From the IMG/VR virus record IMGVR_UViG_3300045391_004484, positions 6,554-70,553 of that record: a DNA stretch of 64,000 bases, one strand, 5' to 3'. Every line of letters begins with the position of its first letter. Within the stretch, counting starts at the first letter, position 1. This document shows, piece after piece, positions 19,203 to 29,026 of the stretch. The notes under the pieces were generated by a model, which saw nothing but the letters and a program-made list of their open reading frames with translations, searched no databases and had not been told where the DNA came from. This stretch comes from a virus (Duplodnaviria > Caudoviricetes). The translations under genes and the position numbers were made by a program.

Positions 19203-19752
19203 GTTGCCCCGGCGCGATTCTGCGAGGCTTGCGGGTTCGTTTATCGATCACTGCAACTTTCTGTTCAAGCCATGTAAGGCGCTGCTTCATAGCCTCTAAC
19301 TCTGATTTACTCATGATTATCGAGTTCCCCTTTGTTAGTGCAACCAAGTCTTTTATCTTGAAGCTTTTTACGATTTTTCTACCTAGCCGCGCCTCAAAAT
19401 CGCGAGAGTATTCAGATACAAGCCTATCTTGCCAGTATTGCTCTCTAGTACTTAATCCTCCTGTACGCTGAAGCGAGTGAATTTCAACCCATTCAACGCA
19501 TAAAAACTCAAAGCTTTCCTCCCCGAATCTATTCCAGTCATTCTGCATCTTTTTAGACTTGTGCCGATTCCCTCTTAAACACCCGAGATGATAGTCCCAT
19601 CGTCGAATAAAGCCAGGTTCCAAACTCCGCTTTTGAATTTCTTTAAGAGAAACCTCTTTCTCAAAGCTGAATTTTGTTTGCCCGACATAGCTCAGCCCAT
19701 TGACTGTGCAGCGAATTGAATAAACCAGCCCCCACAATCTACTCTTTCTCAC
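19174..19752 (-). CDS. GIY-YIG endonuclease
   Basis: GLVYSIRC..NG.SYVGQT...H.S.KMQNDWN.FGE.SF.F...E...REQYW. Confidence 0.8.
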   Translation of the reverse strand: MRKSRLWGLVYSIRCTVNGLSYVGQTKFSFEKEVSLKEIQKRSLEPGFIRRWDYHLGCLRGNRHKSKKMQNDWNRFGEESFEFLCVEWVEIHSLQRTGGLSTREQYWQDRLVSEYSRDFEARLGRKIVKSFKIKDLVALTKGNSIIMSKSELEAMKQRLTWLEQKVAVIDKRTRKPRRIAPGQLKIDLQPLE

Positions 19753-19802
19753 GTTATTGGTATGACTTGAAATTAAAAGTTTTCATGTTACGATTGTACC
19801 AT

Positions 19803-19822
19803 TATGACGGCTATATGACGGC
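19803..19822 (+). repeat. TATGACGGC direct repeat (11-bp period) abutting the RHH start codon
   Basis: 19803-19811 and 19814-19822. Confidence 0.75.
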
Positions 19823-19963
19823 ATGAAAAAGCTAACGGTTCGATGTTCAGATGAGGAGTATGCGGTACTGATGAAATACTGCAACGAGAAAGAGCGAAAA
19901 CAAAACGACATTCTTAGAGAGCTAATTAGATCGCTGGATCACCCGTCGAGGTCAAAGAAATGA
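19823..19963 (+). CDS. 46-aa CopG-like RHH protein (not in ORF track)
   Basis: Manual translation MKKLTVRCSDEEYAVLMKYCNEKERKQNDILRELIRSLDHPSRSKK; ATGA overlap with the next gene. Confidence 0.75.
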   Translation: MKKLTVRCSDEEYAVLMKYCNEKERKQNDILRELIRSLDHPSRSKK

Positions 19964-20487
19964 AGCTGTTGATCGTCGATAAAGACAACACACTTATCAA
20001 GCCGAAGTCAGGCGCGAAATTCGTCCAGTCCCCCGATGATCAGGAGTTATTGCCGGGTGTGTTCGATCGTGTGCAAGAGGCTAAAGACCAGGGCGCGATC
20101 GTGATTGTCGCCAGTAATCAAGGCGGCGTGGCAAGTCGGCATAAGACGCTTGATGCCACGCTCGACGAATTCGCTTACCTCATAAAACTGCTGCCCCAAA
20201 TCGATTACTGCTTATTTGCCCATACCTACGAAAATCTAGGCTATGGGGAATGTATCAAGATCGACGCCTCAGACAGCGGCTTTCAATGGAAACTCGTCAC
20301 TAATGGAGAGTGGCGATTTAGAAAGCCGAATCCGGGCATGATTAACCTAGCGATGAAGTTGGCAGAGGTAGATCGCGAGAATGCCCTAATGATTGGAGAT
20401 CGTGAGGAGGATCGACTGTCGGCTGAGGCGGCGAATGTGCCGTTTTTGTGGGCACAGCCTTGGACTGATCCATCACTTCCGTTTTAG
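19960..20487 (+). CDS. HAD-IIIA family phosphatase (GmhB / PNK 3'-phosphatase-like)
   Basis: DKDNT, SNQGG, RKPNPGM, MIGDREED motifs. Confidence 0.85.
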   Translation: MKLLIVDKDNTLIKPKSGAKFVQSPDDQELLPGVFDRVQEAKDQGAIVIVASNQGGVASRHKTLDATLDEFAYLIKLLPQIDYCLFAHTYENLGYGECIKIDASDSGFQWKLVTNGEWRFRKPNPGMINLAMKLAEVDRENALMIGDREEDRLSAEAANVPFLWAQPWTDPSLPF

Positions 20488-20505
20488 TTTTTATCGGGGT
20501 GCAAA

Positions 20506-20700
20506 ATGCTAACTGAAAATGAAATCACATCGATCTCTGATGATTGCAGCGAAACAGCGATCGAGGATCTGCAAATGCGGCTTAGTCAGCATGATTGCGG
20601 GATGTTATCAAGCGATCGCTTGCAATCCGTAAAGAGATCGATCTCAGCCATGTTACAAACCGAGTTGATGTTGCATCAGATAGGAGTGAATTTTTCGTGA
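20506..20700 (+). CDS. Hypothetical protein
   Basis: 64-aa ORF coupled to the next gene. Confidence 0.5.
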   Translation: MLTENEITSISDDCSETAIEDLQMRLSQHDCGMLSSDRLQSVKRSISAMLQTELMLHQIGVNFS

Positions 20701-21524
20701 CCTCTCATAGACCCAAAGAAATCGGGCTGTTACTCACCGAAGAGAACGCGATCGCTGCTCTAGAAGGTCGGAAAACGCAAACCCGGCGGATTATCACCTC
20801 TCACTGCAATTGCTCGGATCTATACGACTATGTTGAGGGCGACAAATACCCGTATTATTTCCGGCGCGATGATTGCGTGTGGAATTCCTTTCAAACACTG
20901 GATGAACTCAGCGATCGGCATTCCAAATACGGCAAAACGGGGGATCTGTTCTACCTGCAAGAACCTACTCAGGTGATATCAATCAAAAACGACTTTGCAT
21001 CAGCGATCGTGCGCTACCGTGACGGCATTGAACTCGAAAAGCAAATCACTGAGCAGGACTTCAAGAGGCTGAGAGCACGAGAGGATTTCACAAAGAAAAC
21101 ATCCTCTAGATTTATGCTCAAGTCCTTTGCTCGGCATTGGTTTGTAAATGAAGGCGTTAAGCCTGAAATCTTGCAGCAGATATCGGCGGAGGATGCGATC
21201 GCTGAAGGACTAGAAAGGGTGATTGCTTCTAGAGAAAGGTTTGGATGTAGAGCCGCCGGAATGCTGTTATATCAAGATTACAGGGATAGTCGATCCCCTT
21301 GGCGGCTTGGTTTTGAAAACCCGGTCGAGAGTTTCCAGACTTTATGGGATTCGATTAATACTGCTCGTGGTTATGGTTGGTACATACAGCCGTGGTGGGT
21401 ATGGGCGATCAAATTTAAGCCTATTCAGTCTTTTGGGAATCATCAAGAAAATTCTGAGGTTCCCCATGTTTTCAGCAAGGCAGCGAACATTGATCGAGGC
21501 GATGCAGTCTGCCCGATTTCGTGA
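20697..21524 (+). CDS. ASCH-like phage protein
   Basis: AIAALEGRKTQTRR, YGKTGDLFYLQEP, ILQQISAEDAIAEG, F..LWDSIN...GW...PWWVWAIKF; GTG start at 20697. Confidence 0.7.
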   Translation: MTSHRPKEIGLLLTEENAIAALEGRKTQTRRIITSHCNCSDLYDYVEGDKYPYYFRRDDCVWNSFQTLDELSDRHSKYGKTGDLFYLQEPTQVISIKNDFASAIVRYRDGIELEKQITEQDFKRLRAREDFTKKTSSRFMLKSFARHWFVNEGVKPEILQQISAEDAIAEGLERVIASRERFGCRAAGMLLYQDYRDSRSPWRLGFENPVESFQTLWDSINTARGYGWYIQPWWVWAIKFKPIQSFGNHQENSEVPHVFSKAANIDRGDAVCPIS

Positions 21525-22182
21525 GTTATCCGAACTCTCGATCGATGATGCGATCATAATTCTCGATGGGCAGCAACTAACTATATTTGCTCGCAATGAA
21601 AAGGCTGAAAGGATTATCACGGGCGAGATTGAGATACTCAAGTCGATGGCGTGGCTCACTTGCGGGGCTAGGGTGATCCAATTCATCACTTTAGAAAAGA
21701 CGCTGTTTTTCAGCACAGGGGATATAGTAGAAGCAAATTCTCCATCTCCGCTAATGATTTCAATCCTAGACGCCCCGGTTGCCGAGAAACCCGACGCCCT
21801 TGAGCCGAAGATCGAGCCAACGACACAGCCTATCGTTGATGACCTCTTTACCATTGATGAACTGGCAGCGATCGCGCAGAAAGCAGGCTTTGATCCTGCA
21901 TCGATTGCTGCTGAGATTCGAGCACTTAGCCCTAAAGGGTGGCGACGGGGCGATTTAGTGCTCTATCAGATTGATTCGCTGCATAGGGCGATCCAAAGTT
22001 TAGCGGCTGAGGCGATCGATAAGACGAGAACGATCGCGGCTCAGGGCGTGCCGAAAGTTGAGGCAGAAGTAAAGGTCGAGAAGAACCCTACTGCCAATAA
22101 ACCAACTGCTAAAAAGCCATCCGGTAAACCGCCGGGTAGAAAAGTAGGAACGAAGAATCCTAGGACGCCCGTAGAATCTTAG
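21466..22182 (+). CDS. Hypothetical protein with Lys/Pro-rich tail
   Basis: Start at MFSARQ; basic C-terminus. Confidence 0.55.
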   Translation: MFSARQRTLIEAMQSARFRELSELSIDDAIIILDGQQLTIFARNEKAERIITGEIEILKSMAWLTCGARVIQFITLEKTLFFSTGDIVEANSPSPLMISILDAPVAEKPDALEPKIEPTTQPIVDDLFTIDELAAIAQKAGFDPASIAAEIRALSPKGWRRGDLVLYQIDSLHRAIQSLAAEAIDKTRTIAAQGVPKVEAEVKVEKNPTANKPTAKKPSGKPPGRKVGTKNPRTPVES

Positions 22183-22310
22183 TTTTTCCCTTCCCAAACT
22201 CCTTTACCGATCTACCGCGATCGGTTTTTTAATATTTGTTTACTATTTTAGGGATGACTTTTTAGCGAACATGGTTCATAATCTTTTCAGCGTTTACTTG
22301 AAATTCAACT

Positions 22311-22529
22311 ATGGCAAAACTTAAAGCCGAGTGCAGAATTCATTTAAGAGGAAGTACGATAGCCTTGCGACCGCTAAGATTACGAACGGAGGAATTAACA
22401 AAACAAGGGCTAACGCCAACCGAAATCTTTTACCTACTAGAAGGGGCAGCATCGCAAAGTAGCGTATGGCGATGGGCTAACGGAGTGACAACATCCAAAA
22501 CCGCCCCAAAAGCAAAAGAAGTCGGTTAA
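22311..22529 (+). CDS. Small HTH (Cro-like) protein
   Basis: GLTPTEIFYLLEGAASQSSVWRW. Confidence 0.55.
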   Translation: MAKLKAECRIHLRGSTIALRPLRLRTEELTKQGLTPTEIFYLLEGAASQSSVWRWANGVTTSKTAPKAKEVG

Positions 22530-22907
22530 CTGGCAATTAACCGACTCTCATCTAATTTTGCGAATCTTCAATTTCTTGTCGTTCAATTTCTTTTCATCGA
22601 GCTTCTTAGCTGGTAACTAAGAGACTCAAATCAACTAAAACAAACCGCAAAAGTACGTTTTTACTGGGTTTCACCCCGGCAAGACGCGCTACACGCCCGT
22701 TTTACTTGCAACAAATATAGCACCGTGAGCAAGCCAAAAGCATCAGTATTCAAAAAAGGAATCAGGGGATATACGCAACTCCTACTGACTTCACAAAAGC
22801 TTGACTTTACCGATCGACACATTCGCCAATCTCTTGCCCCGTGTGCTTCTCAAGAATTCCCTACTCGATAACTGCCCGATGTATCAATCAATTCAGCTCT
22901 AAACATC

Positions 22908-23264
22908 ATGACCCTACTTTTAGTTCAGCGCTGCTGTATGTGTTCCGAGGTTAAACAGATTGCCGACAGCGACCACAAGACATCCCACGGTCGAGAAATC
23001 CCCCTCTATTACTGCTTTAGCTGCCTTGGTGTCGATAAAGTGCAGGCGTTGCCCAAACTCGACACGAAGCCAGATCCCAAGCCCTTGATTCTCGAAACAT
23101 TGGCGGGCGGGGCGTGCAAGCTCTCTGAACTACGGCAAAGACTGCATAAGAGAGTCGGCATAAGAGCGATTAAGCGTGAAATCGGCGTGCTCTTGAACGA
23201 GGGAGCTATCTCACAGCACCAAGAACTTTACTCATTAGCAAAGAGGAAAAACAATGCTGCTTGA
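22908..23264 (+). CDS. Zn-finger plus winged-HTH protein
   Basis: CCMC..CFSC, then LILETL..GACKLSELRQRL. Confidence 0.55.
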   Translation: MTLLLVQRCCMCSEVKQIADSDHKTSHGREIPLYYCFSCLGVDKVQALPKLDTKPDPKPLILETLAGGACKLSELRQRLHKRVGIRAIKREIGVLLNEGAISQHQELYSLAKRKNNAA

Positions 23265-23640
23265 AAAAAATCGACAGATCACCACCGCTAACCGACCCTT
23301 TGAAGTATTCGGCACAAATGATCGGCGGCTCACTTGCCACGCGCCGAGCCATGCCCATGCTGAGGATATTTTCAGCAGCGCCTACCCCGGAGAGGAGATT
23401 CTAGGGGTGCAAGTTATTAGCATTCAGGCAAATTTAGAGGCTCGGTTTCAACCCGGCGATGAAGTGATCGACCGGGCGGGCGGAATCACGATCGTCAATC
23501 AGTCGAGGATGTTGCCCATTGAGAAAAACGGGAAATTGATCGGAATTCGTCGCCACTACGAAATGACTTGCGAACCCGGCTCATGGGTGCCTGAGTGGGA
23601 TTTACAGCCAGCGCCCAATCAATCGAGGGCAGCCGCATGA
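23254..23640 (+). CDS. Hypothetical protein
   Basis: 128-aa ORF, coupled to neighbours. Confidence 0.5.
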   Translation: MLLEKNRQITTANRPFEVFGTNDRRLTCHAPSHAHAEDIFSSAYPGEEILGVQVISIQANLEARFQPGDEVIDRAGGITIVNQSRMLPIEKNGKLIGIRRHYEMTCEPGSWVPEWDLQPAPNQSRAAA

Positions 23641-23903
23641 ATCAGCAACAGCAGGCAGCGCTTGAAGAGGTCATGTTTGCCTTAGCAAAGCTAGGGAACT
23701 CGCTCAATACTTCCGAAAGCGTAATTGATCCACAATTGCGGGGGCACGTCGATCGATTCTTAGCTGAAACCCCATTTTGGTCTGAGCACAGGTTGATCAA
23801 TGCAGCGATCGCTGTGTTTCTGTTGCACCTCGATAAATCAAACAAAGAGGTAGGGCGTCTCTATCTTGATTACGTGTTTAAGGTTCCGGTAGACAGCCTA
23901 TGA
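23637..23903 (+). CDS. Hypothetical protein
   Basis: Start at MNQQQQ via ATGA overlap. Confidence 0.55.
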   Translation: MNQQQQAALEEVMFALAKLGNSLNTSESVIDPQLRGHVDRFLAETPFWSEHRLINAAIAVFLLHLDKSNKEVGRLYLDYVFKVPVDSL

Positions 23904-24475
23904 CCGCCATATCAGTCAAGGCAAAACGCCGAAAAAATGATTTCTACCCGACGCCCGCATCGGGCACACGGGCGCTATTGCAGAACTACCCCGACATTAA
24001 CGGCGTGATCTTAGAGTGCTGTGCCGGGGCGAGCGATATCGCAAACGTGCTGAGGGAGATCGAAGGCTCGATCGTGCTCACAAACGATATCGACGAATCA
24101 AGGGATACCGATTTTCACATCGACGTTTCGACGCCTTTGGGATGGGTGATGCTGAGTGACTTGATTTCGTATTCAGGTGAGCCGGGGGCTGATTGGGTTG
24201 TGACTAACCCACCATTCAACCTTGCCCCGTCGATCGTGCCTCTTGCCTATGAACATGCAGAGATCGGGGTTGCCATGCTGCTGAGGCTTTCCTTTCTTGA
24301 GCCTTGCCTGAATCGGGCTGAATTCCTGCTTAGATATCCACCCACAAAATTAATCGTCTTGCCTCGAATCAGTTTCACAGGTGACGGCGGCGTAGATAGC
24401 GTTACGTGCGGTTGGTTCATCTGGGATAAGCGGGTGCAGAAAAGCAATATCACGATCGTGGGAGCGTTGCTATGA
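23900..24475 (+). CDS. Phage DNA methyltransferase (N6-adenine type)
   Basis: DFYPTP, ILECCAG, VVTNPPF motifs. Confidence 0.85.
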   Translation: MTAISVKAKRRKNDFYPTPASGTRALLQNYPDINGVILECCAGASDIANVLREIEGSIVLTNDIDESRDTDFHIDVSTPLGWVMLSDLISYSGEPGADWVVTNPPFNLAPSIVPLAYEHAEIGVAMLLRLSFLEPCLNRAEFLLRYPPTKLIVLPRISFTGDGGVDSVTCGWFIWDKRVQKSNITIVGALL

Positions 24476-24849
24476 AAATCGCGAGACTGTATCGATCCTA
24501 CCCGGCGAATCAACTCGGCATTTTGCCAGATCGGACAAAGCGACGAATCAAAGCCGGGGCTGAAGTTCTGATCTTGGTGAGTGAGTCGGGATGCCTTGGG
24601 GCGTTAGTTGGGTTTGATGTCATTTCGGCAGATTTTGCCGATCTCAATGTCGGAGGAGAATATCGGCTCAAAGCGCTGCATGAGTCAGAATCGCCCATTT
24701 ATCAGCCTCACTGGATTTCTGGCGGCGCGGATCTTATTGCCCTTACTGTCTACAATCGCCGCTGGCTTGGCTTGCTTCACCCCCGGTATTGCAGACAACT
24801 GCAATCGATCCCGATTCCACCCTTCCCCGTCGATCGGAGTATGGCGTAA
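24472..24849 (+). CDS. Hypothetical protein
   Basis: 125-aa coupled ORF. Confidence 0.5.
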   Translation: MKIARLYRSYPANQLGILPDRTKRRIKAGAEVLILVSESGCLGALVGFDVISADFADLNVGGEYRLKALHESESPIYQPHWISGGADLIALTVYNRRWLGLLHPRYCRQLQSIPIPPFPVDRSMA

Positions 24850-25142
24850 TGACTGACACACTTTTCGACGGCAATTTGACGAATGAAGAATGGCTCACCA
24901 TGCCAAATCTGATCCTTAATGCGGTGCAACTGCTGAGGCAAGCCGAGGGCAAGACGCCCGTAATGTGTCTCTCAAGTGGGTCGCTTGAGTTATGCGTTGG
25001 GTGCAGTGTGGGCGAGACGTTCATCTGTCCAACCTGTGAGCGACTGTTGCCAAATTGCTGGCGGGGCGATGAGCCGCTGTGTGATGTCTGCATTGCACAA
25101 CGGGATGATTTTGAACTGATCGCGAGAGGTGAAATTTTATGA
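24849..25142 (+). CDS. Cys-rich Zn-ribbon protein
   Basis: CVGC, CPTC, CDVC motifs. Confidence 0.55.
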   Translation: MTDTLFDGNLTNEEWLTMPNLILNAVQLLRQAEGKTPVMCLSSGSLELCVGCSVGETFICPTCERLLPNCWRGDEPLCDVCIAQRDDFELIARGEIL

Positions 25143-25561
25143 AGGGTATTTTATGGGCTGAATTGAGAAGTCCATTGGCGATCGGATGCGTTCACCCCAA
25201 CGGGAAGCCGCATCATGTAACCCTCAAATACGATATCGAGGCTGAGAATTGCCCGCCGTGGCTTGGTTTTTCGTTCATGGGTGTGGCTGTTGAGCACGTT
25301 TGGAACGACAAAGCACAGGCGCTACTTATTGAGTTGCCCGGATGGGTTGAGGAACTTTGCTCAAATCAATGCCCTCACCTTACGGTGTCATGGGCTGATG
25401 GGTTTGCGCCCGCTGCATCTAATGTAATGCTCGAAACCCGCGAGGGTGCAAGCTCTCTGCCGTTTTATGAAGTGCTGGAATTTGAGATCTGCTTTCATCC
25501 TTTCGAGGATCAAGGCGAATCTGCTGAGGGCATTCTGAATGCACGAGGGGCAGCAGCATGA
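25139..25561 (+). CDS. 2H phosphoesterase (two HxT motifs)
   Basis: HHVTL and PHLTV motifs, then G..PAASN.ML. Confidence 0.7.
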   Translation: MKGILWAELRSPLAIGCVHPNGKPHHVTLKYDIEAENCPPWLGFSFMGVAVEHVWNDKAQALLIELPGWVEELCSNQCPHLTVSWADGFAPAASNVMLETREGASSLPFYEVLEFEICFHPFEDQGESAEGILNARGAAA

Positions 25562-25719
25562 GAGCGAGAATCAGCCCCTTTAGGCGGCAATGTTCAGCCT
25601 GTAAGGAGACGTTTCACGGATCGAGCGTGCTTTTTACAGATAAAAAATCCAACCGACTGATCGAATGGTGCAGAGAGTGCGAGAAACTGAAATTAGACAA
25701 AAAAATGGGGGGCAGCTAG
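25558..25719 (+). CDS. 53-aa Zn-ribbon protein (not in ORF track)
   Basis: Manual translation MRARISPFRRQCSACKETF...WCRECEKLKLDKKMGGS; its stop overlaps the GTG of the replicase. Confidence 0.55.
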   Translation: MRARISPFRRQCSACKETFHGSSVLFTDKKSNRLIEWCRECEKLKLDKKMGGS

Positions 25720-28625
25720 TGACCGCCCCCAGATCAGACAAAAAAACTATTGTGATTTCAGCGTACCAAACCGATCAGATAGATGCAAAGCATCTTTATG
25801 AATGGCTGAATAGTGCCGTTGATCCGGGCATTATCGCCGCTAATGTCAGATCCATTTCTGGCTATGAAATTTACAATTTCGTCGGTTCTGAGCATATGTC
25901 TCGCCTTAACAGTGGGCGACTCAGTACCCGATGGACTCGGCGCTATGGACATCTAGAGCATGGCGCGTGGCAGTTCGCAGGGCTTGACCCAATCACGGGC
26001 GAGCGAATGGAGTGGGGATGCCTCAAGCCGGATCACCCCTTCATTAAGAGTGACTCTAAGCCACTAAAGTATGAGCACCCCTACAAGGTGCCCACTAGAG
26101 TCTTTATCCCTGCAAATCCTCATGATGAGGATTATTTAGAACGGACTAAGAGCGACACCTCGATCGACATCACGATCACTGAGGGCGCTAAAAAAGCGGC
26201 GTGTTTGCTCAGTCATGGGCACGTCACGATCGGTTTACCGGGTGTTACGGGTGCAGTAAGAAAGGATGAATCGACGGGTAAGAAGAGATATTTCTTGATT
26301 CCCGACTTTGAAGCCTTCGAGTGGAAGGAGCGCCGGGTAAATATTTTATTCGACCATGACCAAAAAGCCAGTACACGCCGAAATGTTGAGATCGAGATTG
26401 CCAAACTCTCGAAACAATTGAAATTGAGAGGCGCTAAGCCTTATGTGGTATCCCTACCGGGCAAAGAAAAGGGCGTCGATGATTTTGTAATGGCTCGTGG
26501 GGCTGAGGCTCTAGAAAAGCTCTACGATGAGGCGCTGCCCTTCGAGGCTTGGGAAGTAAGGCAGTATCAGCGCCTAACCTACCCGGTAGCTCAGCAAGTG
26601 AGCCACCGATTTTTAGATGTGCAAATCCCGACTCAAGGATTAGTGGGCATTAAATCGCCCAAAGGAACGGGAAAAACTGAATCGATCGCTAAGGTTGTGC
26701 AGAGTTTACTTGATGACTGCAAGCGAATTTTATTTATTACTCACCGGGTGCAGTTGGGCGAGACGCTCGGCAAGCGGGTAGGGCTGCCCTACGTTTCTGA
26801 GCTTGGCTCAGTCGGTGAGGGCGATTTATTTGGATACGTGCTTTGCGCCGATTCGATGGTGCAGGATTCACAGGCTCGTTTTAGCCCCGCCGGATGGGAC
26901 GCAGTGATCATCGATGAGGCTGAACAGGTTTTATGGCACATTCTCGACTCAAGGACTGAGATCGAGAATCGGCGCATCCCAGTTTTAGAGAATTTGCAGC
27001 AAGTTTTATCGGATCAGCTCACGGGCGAGGGGCTTGTAGTGCTGATGGATGCTGATTTAACGGATGTATCGATCGATTTCGTCAAAGACATGGGCGGCGT
27101 GCCTGATTTGGTGCCCTATATCATCGAGAATGCTTGGACGCCTGACAGCGAGGCATGGAACGTCTACAACTACGAGCAAAACAACCCCGAGGCGCTCTAC
27201 GCTCAAGCGATCGATCTGTTGGATCAAGATCAAAAGTTGATTATTTTCACCCATAGCCAACAGGCTAAGGGTAGATGGAGCACCCGAACCCTAGAAAAGT
27301 GCTTTGCTCGGCGCTATCCCGGGAAAAAGATTCTGAGGATTGATAGCCAATCGATCAGCGAACCCGGTCATCCGGCGTGCGGCTGTATTCCAGTTTTGAA
27401 CGAGATTCTTGGACTCTACGACATTGTGATCGCCTCGCCCTCGCTAGAAACGGGCGTATCCATTGACATTCGCGGGCATTTCGATGCTGTCTTGGGTTTC
27501 TTCTCAGGGGTAACGCCCGCCGATTCAGTACGGCAGACGCTCTCGCGGGTGAGAGATTCCATCGATCGCTATATTTGGGTAGCAAAGAGAGGACTAAGAG
27601 CCATTGATAACGGCTCAACATCGGCTCAAGAATTGCTCGATAGCCAACGGAAGAAAGCCTCTTACCACGTTCGCCAACTTGCCCACCTCTCAGAGGTTTC
27701 TCTAAACGAGGACGCGATCGAGACTAACGCCCCGCTTAAGGTGTGGGCAAAACTGGCAGCCCGGATTAATGCAGGCATTGCCAATTACCGCGAAACCGTG
27801 ATTTCGGGGCTTGCAAGCGAAGGGCACCACATTCTAAAGCAAGAGGCGATCGGAGATCGGGATCTCACTGAAGAATTGATCCAATGCCGTGATGAAGGAT
27901 ACGAGGCTCATTGCGCTGCTATCGCGCAGGCTGAGAACATCACGCCCCGCAAATATGAGGAACTCAAATCGAAAAAATCGAAATCTGAGGAAGAGTGGCA
28001 CCAACAGAAGAAGTATTTTCTTCAGCAGCGCTACCAGTGCCAAGACATTAGCCCCGAAATGATTGCTCAGGATGATAAGGGGTGGCACTCAAAATTACGG
28101 CTGCATTATTTCCTTGGCGTAGGTCGAGATCATCTCAATCACCGTGAGGTGAGCAAATTCCAAACCTCGATCTGCAACGGGAAAGTATGGCAACCGACGC
28201 TCAACAGGGGGCAGTTAGGGCTAAAGATGGCGCTAATTGAATTTCTTGGCATTCGGCAACTACTCGACCCATTGCAGACCTATCACAAAAATCATGATGC
28301 AGTTCTGGCGGTGGCATCGGCGGCAAGGGCAAACCGATGGCTCGTGAGGACAGCGCTCGGCGTGAGTGCTTCTGAACAGGCAAGCGAGATCCAAATCTGT
28401 CAAAGCTTACTCGGACTCCTTGGGCTGAAGCTTAAAGGTGAGGGTAGACCGGGCGGGCGAGGTGAGGCTCGCGTGAGGCTCTACCGATTTGTAGATCCGG
28501 AGGACGATCGCGAGGGAATTTTTGAGCGATGGCTCGAACGAGATGAAGCGGCTCGGCAATCCCACGAAGAAGCGATCGTGTCCACCCCCGGTATAAATAA
28601 GAATCTAGGGGAGGCAGCAGCATGA
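25719..28625 (+). CDS. DUF3854 primase-helicase, cyanobacterial plasmid replication protein (CyRepA1 family)
   Basis: KPLKYEHP, ITEGAKKA, ILFDHD, KGVDDF (Toprim-like); SPKGTGKTE, ITHRVQL, IIDEAEQ (helicase); GTG at 25719 in frame with track start 25665. Confidence 0.88.
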   Translation: MTAPRSDKKTIVISAYQTDQIDAKHLYEWLNSAVDPGIIAANVRSISGYEIYNFVGSEHMSRLNSGRLSTRWTRRYGHLEHGAWQFAGLDPITGERMEWGCLKPDHPFIKSDSKPLKYEHPYKVPTRVFIPANPHDEDYLERTKSDTSIDITITEGAKKAACLLSHGHVTIGLPGVTGAVRKDESTGKKRYFLIPDFEAFEWKERRVNILFDHDQKASTRRNVEIEIAKLSKQLKLRGAKPYVVSLPGKEKGVDDFVMARGAEALEKLYDEALPFEAWEVRQYQRLTYPVAQQVSHRFLDVQIPTQGLVGIKSPKGTGKTESIAKVVQSLLDDCKRILFITHRVQLGETLGKRVGLPYVSELGSVGEGDLFGYVLCADSMVQDSQARFSPAGWDAVIIDEAEQVLWHILDSRTEIENRRIPVLENLQQVLSDQLTGEGLVVLMDADLTDVSIDFVKDMGGVPDLVPYIIENAWTPDSEAWNVYNYEQNNPEALYAQAIDLLDQDQKLIIFTHSQQAKGRWSTRTLEKCFARRYPGKKILRIDSQSISEPGHPACGCIPVLNEILGLYDIVIASPSLETGVSIDIRGHFDAVLGFFSGVTPADSVRQTLSRVRDSIDRYIWVAKRGLRAIDNGSTSAQELLDSQRKKASYHVRQLAHLSEVSLNEDAIETNAPLKVWAKLAARINAGIANYRETVISGLASEGHHILKQEAIGDRDLTEELIQCRDEGYEAHCAAIAQAENITPRKYEELKSKKSKSEEEWHQQKKYFLQQRYQCQDISPEMIAQDDKGWHSKLRLHYFLGVGRDHLNHREVSKFQTSICNGKVWQPTLNRGQLGLKMALIEFLGIRQLLDPLQTYHKNHDAVLAVASAARANRWLVRTALGVSASEQASEIQICQSLLGLLGLKLKGEGRPGGRGEARVRLYRFVDPEDDREGIFERWLERDEAARQSHEEAIVSTPGINKNLGEAAA

Positions 28626-28996
28626 CGAGCCTACCAGATTGGGTCAAGCGAGGCGCTTTAGCACTGCACAAATCAGGCATCCTTTTCACGATTCAGAGCG
28701 TAAAATCGGCTCGTAAGGAGAACAAGATTTACCTAGATCCTTGGGCGGTGGGATCGGGTGTTCGCTACCTCTTGAGCGAGTGTAAAGCCGCCACGCCCGA
28801 GGCGCTGCCTGACAAGTGCCTTTACATCACGCCCCAAGGATTGCAGCTCACCGTTGAGCGTTGCGAGATTGGCTTAGCAGTAAGTGATGGAAATCGCAAA
28901 GTTGGGGTACAACTGACGAATCAAGATGATGGCTCGGTGCTGAAAGCCGCCCAAGCTCTAGCAAGGGCATTTGATGGGGCAATCTGCGCTGAATAA
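28622..28996 (+). CDS. Hypothetical protein
   Basis: 124-aa coupled ORF. Confidence 0.55.
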   Translation: MTSLPDWVKRGALALHKSGILFTIQSVKSARKENKIYLDPWAVGSGVRYLLSECKAATPEALPDKCLYITPQGLQLTVERCEIGLAVSDGNRKVGVQLTNQDDGSVLKAAQALARAFDGAICAE

Positions 28997-29026
28997 GTTT
29001 TTCAATCAAGGCGAGAGAGGGTAAAA

